Assembly (NCBI GenBank): GCA_949358305.1 | Contig: OX442314.1 | Span: forward strand, 3,286,001-3,350,000 | Source: Strigamia acuminata | Lineage: Eukaryota | Length of the DNA: 64,000 nt | Direction of reading: 5' to 3' | In this document: piece after piece, positions 10,290-20,100 of the stretch | Position numbering within the stretch: position 1 is the first letter of the stretch | Layout: each line of letters begins with the position of its first letter | Program-made: the position numbers and the translations under genes | The notes under the pieces: model-generated | Seen by the model: only the letters and a program-made list of their open reading frames with translations | Databases searched by the model: none | What the model was told of the DNA's origin: nothing

Positions 10290-12688
10290 CGAATTTGCGA
10301 TAAATTTTCTATTTGCAGATTTCCGCGACGATTTTCGTCTTTAGAACGTTCGAGACGACACGCTGACGTTCTCTAGTAGTCTGGATTACCGGCACTACGA
10401 TTGTTTATTTAATTTTGTTCGAATTTCCGCGGGATTCGCAATTTTCGAAACGAATTTTGTGTATTTTCAGATTTTCGCCGTTTTCCAACGAGAATCAACG
10501 TTGGAAACCCATTTTACACAGCGTGAACGACGATTTGGACTAATTCCCAACTTAGTACACCGTGTACGGTCGTTGTATCGACGATTTTTCTCGAAGAAAC
10601 GACGATTTTCGACGATTTTCGCATTTAAATGCGCAACTACGCCATTTTCATCTCTAGATTGGCGCAACGTCTCATCATACTAATTAAAAATTGCTTTTCA
10701 GTTGTCGTAATTAGCTTGTTAGTATTTAAGGTCGTATTATGTTTTTGTGGGTCCCTTAGAATAGTTTGTGCCCTTCGGTTCAGTCGAACCACCGCACACA
10801 CTCATTCCTAGCCAGTGCTTACCGCGGCCAACAGGTACTCCCGCGCCTCCAGGTAGGCGAACGAACCACTGTGTGTTGGCTGGCTAGGGTTATCTGACCA
10901 CTTCAGAAGTGGTTGCCCAATTCGATTGATATCCGCTTTGACAGTGCTTCGATCAGTACGCCATATTTGTGTTGTGCAACGCGATATCGTGCTACGAGAC
11001 CGTCAAGTGCTCCAATCGTACCATTCTCAATCCAGTGTGTTTTGCTACGGATAGTTTCGTAACTTCACGTCATCATGTCCAAGTCCGTCGAAGGAAACTC
11101 CGGGCGACTTCCCATTCTCAGCGTAGGAAACTACGAACTATGACAGCGCTCTATGCGCATGGTACTGAGAAGTGAAGAATTATGGAAACATGTGACGGAA
11201 GAAGAGGAGGAAGATTTCCTTAAAACCGCCGGAGATAAGGAGAAGAAGAAATACAAGCGTCGTAAAGCCAAGGCATTAGGCTTAATATACTGTTCTGTAA
11301 GCGAGGCGAAAAAGTCCGCCCTAGACGATTGTAAAACCCCGAAGGAAGCATGGGACATTTTAGCCAACATTTATGCGCCATCATCTCGTGCGCGGCAGGC
11401 AGCCGTGCGCCGCGAATTTTTGAATTTGCGCCTAGAACAAGGCGAGGATATGGCCGATTTCCTAAGTCGCGTTGACTATCATGTCCGCCAGATGAAGGAC
11501 ATCGGGGAAACAACTTTGCCAGATCATCACGCTTACCAGTACCTGGATTTACTGCCCTGGGAATATTCGCAGATTTCATTCACAATATATCACTTGCCTA
11601 AAGGAGAATTTACACCAAAGAAAGTGTCCGAACAGTTGCTCGCGGAACATATGCGACTCAAAGTTATGGATTCGCGCGACATAGACAATTCTAAACCTCC
11701 ACGTGCCTATGCTGGTGAAAAACAGCAACGTGGGAGAAATCGTTCTCGTCCCTCTCGACCGTTATCTTCGGTGCAGTGTTTTAATTGCCAGGAATTTGGC
11801 CATTACGCAAACAAATGTCCATTACCGTCGCGCCGAGATGACAAGAATCAACCGGCAGCTTCACTTCAAAGAAAGCCGAGGAGTTCAAGCCGTAAACGCA
11901 ATAAGAACTCAAACCGAGATGATTCTAGGCCAAGGGGGAATTCCAACGCAAGGCGGGAAACGAACTTTTTCTCCAGTGCTCCGCAACAGTTGCCCACAAT
12001 TCACTTCATGCAATCACATGAATGGATAGTGGATTGTGGGGCAACCGATCATGTGTGCCACGTCCAGGCTTGGTTTCAGGACTTTGTCAAAGTTGTGCCC
12101 TTTAATATCGCATTGGGTCAAGGACATTCCGAAGTTCTAGGAAAGGGCAAAATCCAGATTATCTCCATGATCAACAACGTAGAATGTGTCGTAAATCTCC
12201 AAGATGTGTTGTATGCGCCAAAATTTGAAGCGAATTTGATTTCAGTGTCAAAAATGGACAAAACTAAACATCACATCCATATTTGGAATGGAGACGGCTT
12301 GTGCCCACCTTCAACACTAATGTCAACAGTGGATATACCTATTGCGCAGTTGACCGCTCTGACCCGAACATTAGTCACGACAGAAGAGGATTTCATCCAG
12401 TATCCAAGGGCAAAGAAAAAGTCGAAAGATCCTGAACTTTTTACTGATTTTCAGCTCGAATTCCTTCCTTTGCCAAATGAAATTCCTCCACCTGTACCAA
12501 TCAAAGTAACCCAGTCCAAGACACCTCCTGTACCTGTTCCTACCAATCCATTACCTCAAATCCCATCCTTTGCCGACACATTAAAGGCAAACCCTTTGAT
12601 CTCCCACCTGAATTCAAATTCAAAACCGAATTCAAAGCCAACCAACGCAAAGACGGTTGCAGCGCCATTGGTTAAAAAGGATGCGACT
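10290..12688 (+). mobile_element. Truncated Copia C (5' leader, gag, protease), relative of Copia E
   Basis: Leader 10290-11074 resembles E leader 16313-17185; no LTR or PBS recognised; ends at KDAT just before the integrase HHCC. Confidence 0.8.
11075..12688 (+). pseudogene. Copia C gag-protease pseudogene
   Basis: ATG 11075, TGA at 11141-11143 (Trp in E), CFNCQEFGHYANKC, VDCGATDH, in-frame deletion of about 25 aa relative to E after IHIWNG. Confidence 0.88.
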
Positions 12689-13743
12689 CTTGGTATACAT
12701 CTGCTTGTTCCATGTCGCGGTTGTGCGCTGACGCTTTAACTTGTCAATATCGGCCATATTTCAACAAAAATTGTTCGACTTACAGTTTTTTGTTCAATCT
12801 CCGGTTCAAACCAATGTGCCGGGTTTCGGCACCAATGTTAAATCCCTCTCGTAACACACTGCAGTCGAGTTCTTGTTTAAAAATTCGTATTGTTGTCGTA
12901 CAAAAAAATCACCTTTTGTTGTATCCAAATCGTCCGGTTTGTTCGCAAAAAGAGTCGCCTTTTTGTAGTCTCAAAATAGTTCGTATTTGCAGGTCAGTTT
13001 CCAACCAGTCTCGGTTGAAAAAGTGTAACAGTCCTTTAGATGTGAAGAAAACACACACACACTCAGGTTAAAGTAAATGTTGCACACTGATTTTATTCTT
13101 GTTTCTACAGACTACCGTATATCTGCAAATAGCACACCCGTGCGCTATTTGCCAAAATTTTTTTTTAACCGCGCGCTATTAGAGGCCCGTGGGCTATTAG
13201 AAGCCCGCGGTTTATTTCAAATCTGAAAAATTGTAACGAAACGTATGGATGACGAATTGATTAAAAATTGTATTAAGTTTATTCTGAATCGATTAACATT
13301 TCCTCATTTTCCTCATTTTCCTCATCACCTTCTTCAACACGGAGACACACCGAATTTCTTTGCAGCCTTTTCGCCGGAATTCTCCTTGGCATACTGAATT
13401 GCTGCCAACTTAAAGCTGAGATCAAACGAACGTGGCATCTTGAAGCACAATACTACTCAATCCAAACTGTGCTACTTATATACTGGTACCAACAATTGAA
13501 ACGTTTCCGAGACATAACACCAATTATGATACGTCTCGGTAATGTAACAATTTGCCCCGTGCGCTAAACAAGGTCCGCGCCTTATTTGTAAAAACGACTT
13601 TGACCCCGTGTATTACTTAAGGTCCGTGGGCTATTAAGGGCCCGTGTAGTAATCGACAATATACGGTATATATCTAATCAAATGAGGTTAATTGGTTGTT
13701 CACCATTGGTGAAACAAAATACAAAGAAAATGAAAAATAATAG
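12689..13743 (-). mobile_element. BEL/Pao-like remnant: split 5' LTR, tRNA-Phe PBS and gag start
   Basis: Minus strand: LTR end ...TTAACA (12836), PBS TGGTGCCGAAACCCGG (12819-12834), then ATG 12757 MADIDKLKRQRTTA. LTR has AATAAA and a GT-rich U5; interrupted by the pogo element and Gypsy F, with probable TGTAAA start displaced to 41970-41975. Confidence 0.6.
13115..13666 (-). mobile_element. Internally deleted pogo/Tigger-like (Tc1-mariner) DNA transposon, 552 bp
   Basis: TA-CCGTATAT...ATATACGG-TA termini with TA TSD; subterminal CCCGTG(G/C)GCTATT repeats; minus-strand remnant 13438-13279 MPRSFDLSFKLAAIQYAKENSGEKAAKKFGVS (Brinker-type HTH start) joined out of frame to an acidic tail. Confidence 0.8.
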
Positions 13744-13998
13744 TGTGGAGTTTTTCGGGTGTAACGGGCGATAACGATCGCCAGGGGGCGGGCGGACACA
13801 AACGGAATATGTCCGATAAACGTTTTGGGGGTGAACAGCCAATTGGGGGCCGTTCTTTGTAATCAACCAATCAGGGTTGACCAGTCTGATATATAATCAG
13901 TTTGTTTTGTTTAATAAAATCACTTGAAGTTAACTAGAGCTTGTAGTTGTGTCTTGGTAATTTTGGGTCAGCTAGTCTCAGCTTTGAGATTGTTTACA
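13744..13998 (+). repeat. Gypsy F 5' LTR
   Basis: TG..CA; repeat of 41711-41965 with about 6 mismatches by eye. Confidence 0.95.
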
Positions 13999-14011
13999 TC
14001 AGAAGTGGGAT
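13999..14011 (+). promoter_or_regulatory. PBS of Gypsy F (tRNA-Leu, lacking the 3'-terminal 5 nt match)
   Basis: TCAGAAGTGGGAT is complementary to tRNA-Leu ...ATCCCACTTCTGA(CACCA). Confidence 0.75.
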
Positions 14012-14198
14012 AGAAGGATTCGATGCGACGATAGACGATAAAGTAGACGAGAAAGTAGAAGAAGTAAGAGGCGACAACTGTTTTTGGCGACGGGAACGAA
14101 AATCGGGGTAACAAATAGCGCGTGGACGGTTCGGGAAACAAGAGACGATTCGCCGAATAAACACGTGCTACGAAGGTTAGCCGAACTTCGAACGAGAG

Positions 14199-15738
14199 AT
14201 GGCCGACGCGGAAGCAGTATTAGCAAAAATCCAACTTAAAGAGATTCCATCGTACAAAGATTTAAACGTGCTGAGGACCCGAGAGATTAGACCGCTATTA
14301 CGGGAGCGGAAAATTGTGCCACAGAAGTTGAAAACAGACATGTTGGGACAATTATGGCGCGCGTTACGTACGGAAGCGGGAATCGTAGAACGAGTAGAAA
14401 GCGACGACGAGGATGACAACGACAAAGAAGAAGAAGAAGAAAAGAACGATTTAGAAAACGACGACGACAAGTCGAAGACAGAAGAGAACGTGTCGCTAGA
14501 AGCAGACGGCGTGTACAGTAAAGATCTGATGATGACAAAGATGTTGCAGATGATGGAAAGCATGCAAAAATCGCAGAGAGAGCCGAAGGAAGTAAAGAAC
14601 GCGCCGAAGTTGCCACGATTCTCGGGCGAACGAAGCGAGCTGCGTACGACCACGCAATGGTTATAAGATGTTCGCGAATACGCCAAAGAATATAAGTGGA
14701 CGAATGTGACCAAAGTAACGACGGCGGCAGCAGCGTTAGAAGGACCAGCGAAGGTGTGGCAAGACAGCGCAGGAACGACGATCCGGAACTTCGACAAATG
14801 GGCGATCGAGCTGACGAAGAATTTTCCAGATCGACAACTGTCTTACGAAGATAAAGAACGATTGATTCGAGCTCCACAGAAGAACGACGAGACCACCGAA
14901 ACCTATTTACATCAAAAATGGGCCACGTGCGAAAGACTGGGAATGTCGATCAGCGACGCGCAGAATTATCTGTTAGTTGGACTAAGAAGCAAAGCAGCGA
15001 CGGCGCCGATGTACGTTGTCCAATATCAACACATCAGCGAGATGGTTGGAACGGCGCAAAACCTGGAAGCTCGAGCGAAGGGGACAACGATCGAAGCAAA
15101 GACGAAAACGAGCTCTACGAGGCCAAACGGAAGAGGATTCGACGCAAGGCCGAAGTGTTTTAGGTGCGGCGAGAAGGGGCACCAGAAGTCAGATTGTCCG
15201 AACGAGCTGAAGTGTTTTAAATGCCACGAATCGGGCCATCTGGCGAATGCGTGTCCAAATGGAGTAAAATGCTTCAATTGTAACGGGTTTGGACACATGG
15301 CAAACGCGTGTCCAGAGCCGAAGAAAGAGCGGAAGCAGCCATCAAAGGACAAGTTGGACGTTAAAACGAAGAAGATTTACAAAATCGAAGCCAAGGAGAT
15401 GCAGCCAGAATTCGAGACCATTATGTGGGTCGATGGAAAGAAATGCAGCGCGGGAATCGATACGCAAAGCGCCGTGTGTCTGATTAGTAAGACGTTTTCG
15501 CAACGTACAAAGATCGAGGAGCCGGACTACGAATACGTGATCGAAGGATTTAATCAAGATGCAAGTCGTTATCGTGGGCGAACGAGATGTGATGTAGAAA
15601 GCGCAAACGTGAAATTGGCGGGTGTCGAGTTCTATGTGGTCGACGACGCCAGAATGCCGACGGAAGTCTGGATAGGGAAACCATTCTTGAAACACCTGAC
15701 GATCACGATGCAATCAGACGGAGGTTACGTGACGTTCA
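14199..15738 (+). pseudogene. Gypsy F gag-protease (fragment 1)
   Basis: ORFs 14199 and 14706 are in one frame split by TAA 14664-14666; three CX2CX4HX4C; protease IDTQS; cut by E. Confidence 0.9.
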
Positions 15739-16299
15739 TGTTGGTCCTAAGACCAAATTTGTTGTCGATATCAAATGTTTATATACTATATGTTTTGTGT
15801 TCAAACACATTGTATTGATATTTGATCATTTATTTACTGTTTTCTCTATTTGGATTTATTTTCTGCTGTCCAGTATGTAATTCCATACTTTGCTTATGTT
15901 TTACTTAGATGATTTGTTCTTTAATTTAAAACTTAATGTTAATAACTGTCACCAGAGTGCTGTGACACTCTTACCCCGAATCCAAGATGGCAGCGCACAC
16001 AGGTGTGTGCACTTTCACATCTTTCACCTTTGGAAATCCATTTATGTAAGATATGGTTTACTTTTCATTAAACTTTTATGTTTTTAAGTGTTTACCTTCA
16101 CTTTAGAGCACCTTCAGTGCTATTTAAGCGCATATAAGCGACCACAAGTCACGCACTCGCTCGAACCGCATCACGCGCTCGCTCGAATCGCATCACGCGA
16201 TTCTGTTATCGGAATTAACCGTCGCGCATTTGCGACGAGCTTTATTTCACGCTTCCACATCGGTTCATTTGCCGATTATTTGCGCACCACTCACCTACA
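15739..16299 (+). repeat. Copia E 5' LTR
   Basis: Direct repeat of 22354-22914. Confidence 0.97.
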
Positions 16300-17185
16300 G
16301 TGGTAGCAGAGGTCTGGGGACGATCTGCTCTTATTTTTCACCTAATTTTCGGCGTAATTTTCGCGGGATTTGCGATTTTTGCGGCGAAATTCATTTTATT
16401 TTCAGATTTCGCCGATTTCGACGATTTCCGCCCGAATCTTTGCTTCGAAACGTTCGATCGACGTTCTGGACTGCCAGGGCAGTCTATTTCACCATTGCTT
16501 CGTTAATTTTGTCCGAAATTCCGCGGGATTCGCGAATTTCGCGACAAATTTTTGTTTTTTTCAGGTTTTTCGTCAATCTGGATTCACTTCTCCGCTTAGC
16601 ACGTTGCGGCGGATACAACGAGAATCCAATACTAGATTATTGGCCGCTTAGTTCCCCGGTGAACGGCGGTTATCACCGATCTTTTCAAGCGGACGAAGAG
16701 CCTCGAATTTTCGAGAAGAATTCGGACATTGACGTCCGAATTGCGCTTTCTCCAGCTTTTCGAGAAAGCTGCGCCGTGCCTTCATTTGCACGAGGATTGC
16801 ACCCGCGATCGATTCATCTATTTCTCCTTGTGTCGAAATTACTTGTTAGCATTAAGATAATATTTAAGGCTTTTGGGGGACATTTAGCATCGTATTCGCC
16901 CTTCGATCGAATCCGATCAAGCGATTACGTATTCTCCGGTAGTGCTTGTCGTGGTACAAGTGAGGTTTCCCGCGGGCCCAGGTGCACCGATCGGACCCTC
17001 TCAGACTGGCTACCGGAGGTTTTTGAATTCCTTCAGAAGGAATTGCCCAATTTGACGGTTTCCGCCTCGAAAGTGCTTCGCATCGAGTGTTGTGCTTCGT
17101 TTTCGTGCAGTGCTACGGTGTCTCCTGTGTGCCATTTCCCTGAGCCTGTGTTTTCGTCGCGTTGTTGTCAGTTTTCAACGCCACG

Positions 17186-20100
17186 ATGCACAAATCCGGA
17201 GATTCATCGAGCAAAATTCCCGTACTCGGAGTTGGAAACTACGAGCAGTGGCAACGATCGATGCGGATGCTCTTAAAGTCCGAGGGCCTTTGGAGGCATG
17301 TTACCGAGGAGAAGGAAGTCGAACATTTAGCTACCTTGACGGAAAAAGAAAAGGATCGGTACATGACCAAGAAAGATAAAGCCCTCGGTCACATCTATAT
17401 CCAAGTCAGCGAGCCCAAAAGATCAGTGTTGGACACGTGCAACACGCCGAAAGAGGCGTGGGACGCGCTGGCTAAGATTTATGCGCCAAGCTCACGGGCC
17501 AGAAGAGCAGCCATGCGTTGGGAGTTTTTAAATCTCCAGATTGGACCCAACGAGGATATGCCGGATTTTATTGCCCGAGTCGATCACTACGTGAGGCAAT
17601 TAAAGGACGTTAAGGAGGAAACTTCGCCCGACCACCACGCATATCAGTATCTTAAGGGATTGCCACCTGAGTATGCCCAGGCAACGTTCGCAATTTACCA
17701 TTGGCCGGATGACAAATTTACACCGACTTTGGTTGCCGAACAGTTGATATCCGAACAATCTCGTTTAAGATCGGCGGGTCTGCTTCGAACAACTCCACCG
17801 ACGGCTCATGCTTCTGCGAAAGGACAGTTTCGCCAACGCAATAAATCCGGTGCCCGTGATTTGTCAACTATTCGGTGTTTCAATTGCGACCAGATGGGCC
17901 ACTACGCGAATAAGTGCCCCCACCCTCGACGTGAGAATCCGAACCCGAATCAGTCGACGGCTTCCGTACAACGCTCCTCGAGAAGTAAGAGTCGAAGACG
18001 GAATAAGACCGCCGTCGCCAAGGTCGAAGACACTCGTCCTCGAGGGAGCTCACGTCCAATTCGGAAAGGGACATTTTTCTGCAGTGCACCGCAAGTCGTT
18101 GAGCGCCCAGTTGCCCACTTTATGCAATCCAATGAGTGGATTGTTGACTGCGGCGCTACCGACCACGTGACCCATGTGCGAGCGTTATTCACCGATTTCA
18201 CGAACATTCCGCCTTTCGATATCGAATTGGGCCAAGGCAAATCGCAAGTTACTGGACGAGGAACGGTTCAACTTCTCACGTCAGTTGATGATGCAGATTG
18301 CGTTTTGGATTTGACCAACGTTCTATATGCACCGAATTTCGAAGCCAATTTGATTTCGGTGTCGAAAATCGATAAAACGCGACATCATATCCACATTTTC
18401 AACGGAGAAGTTAATGTTTATGAATCGGACTATCGTTTGCCAATCATTCGTGCAAAGGAACGTGGTGGCTTGTATTATTTGGACGGTTTGTGTTCGGTTC
18501 CCATCAGTTCGACAACGGTTTCGACGGCCACTCCACCGGTAATTCAACCTGTCAAAACACTGGTCACGACAGAAGTGGATTTCGACAATGTACCGAAACC
18601 GGCTAAAGGAAAACAAAAGCAACGGGAAATTACAGACTATCGTTTCGAACTGCCAGCGGTTGAGAGTGTGAAGGCAATTCCCACCCAACCAATTCCAAAC
18701 CTGACCGATCCCACTCATTTTCCCGTCCTTACTCCCGTTTCTTCACCGGTCATTGTCAATCCGACCACACAGTCCTATTCCAATGCTCTGCAATTCCTGC
18801 CAACTTCCCCTCCTCCTGGCAATTTACCTCCGTCACAGAAGAAGGTAATTGCTAATCCTGCTTCGGTTAAAGACGCCACCGGTCTATGGCATAGTCGACT
18901 CGGTCATCTGCATACTAATGCAATGAAGCTTCTGGCAGCTAACGACCAGGTTTATGGTTTGCAACCAGCTGAAGTTCGACAGGAATTGTCGTGTAACGAC
19001 TGCAGAATTGCTAAATCGACCAGAGCTTCACATAAACCGGACCCGAATCCCTGTACATCGAAACCTTTGGATCTTCTACACATGGATTTGTGGGGGCCAG
19101 CCCCGCTCACATCACTGGGCGGTTCGGATTATGTTTTCACCATTATCGACGATGCCACGCGTTACACGTGGATTATCCCGTTGGCGCAGAAATCCCAGAC
19201 CTTTGGGGCATTTAAGGACTTCGTCGCCCGAGTCGAACGAATTCAGAACACTCGCGTGAAAGCGATCAGATCCGACCGTGGCGGCGAATTCATGTCAAAT
19301 GAATTCTTGAACTACCTCAAAGAAAAGGGCATCCAAGGGCAGAGGACCAATCCCGCATCACCTCAAATGAACGGGACTGCAGAACGCATAAATCGAACAA
19401 TGGCCGACAGTGTCCGATCTCTTATCTCTGAAACTCAACTCCCGGATGACCTTTGGGCAGAACTCGCAGTCACTTTCGCGTATGTGAAGAACCGAAGTCC
19501 GCATTCGAGATTGAATAACCAAATTCCCTATATCCTATGGCGACAACGAGCATTGTCTTTACGACACCTACGCAAAATGGGGTCCAAATGCTGGGTGCAT
19601 TACACCGCGCCAGGCCGCAAGAAACTAGATCCGCGTGCATGGGAGGGATATCTCGTTGGTTACGCGACTGGTACCCGCGGATATAGAGTTTGGAATCCAG
19701 TAGAAGATCGAGTTTACGAAACGGTTCACGTCAAGATCGATGAACGCCAATCATATCGGAAATCTCTTCGTGGCGCATCTCAACGGCCCGAAGAAACTTT
19801 TTCTGATGTCGGACAGCAATCGGTTTCGTTTAACGACAACGTCCAGTTCCATGACTGGCCAAGAGGATCCGATTCCGAACATTCTGATCATTCCGACGAC
19901 GATTCCGATAATGGTGGAGCTAGCCATGCTAGCGGCGTATCGACATCTCACTCTGTTCATACACCGGTCATCCAATTGCCGCCCCCGACAACGCCAGAGC
20001 AGTTATTGTTGGATGCGTGTGCACTGCAATTACCGAGTTCGGCAAGTCTAGGACATTCACAATCGTATCCCATCCTCTATCAGGAAGGAGATACAGATGA

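Noticed and set aside
16230..17276. 348-aa ORF in the Copia E leader
   Set aside because: Non-ATG start inside the LTR, no motif, and not matched by an ORF in the related C leader.
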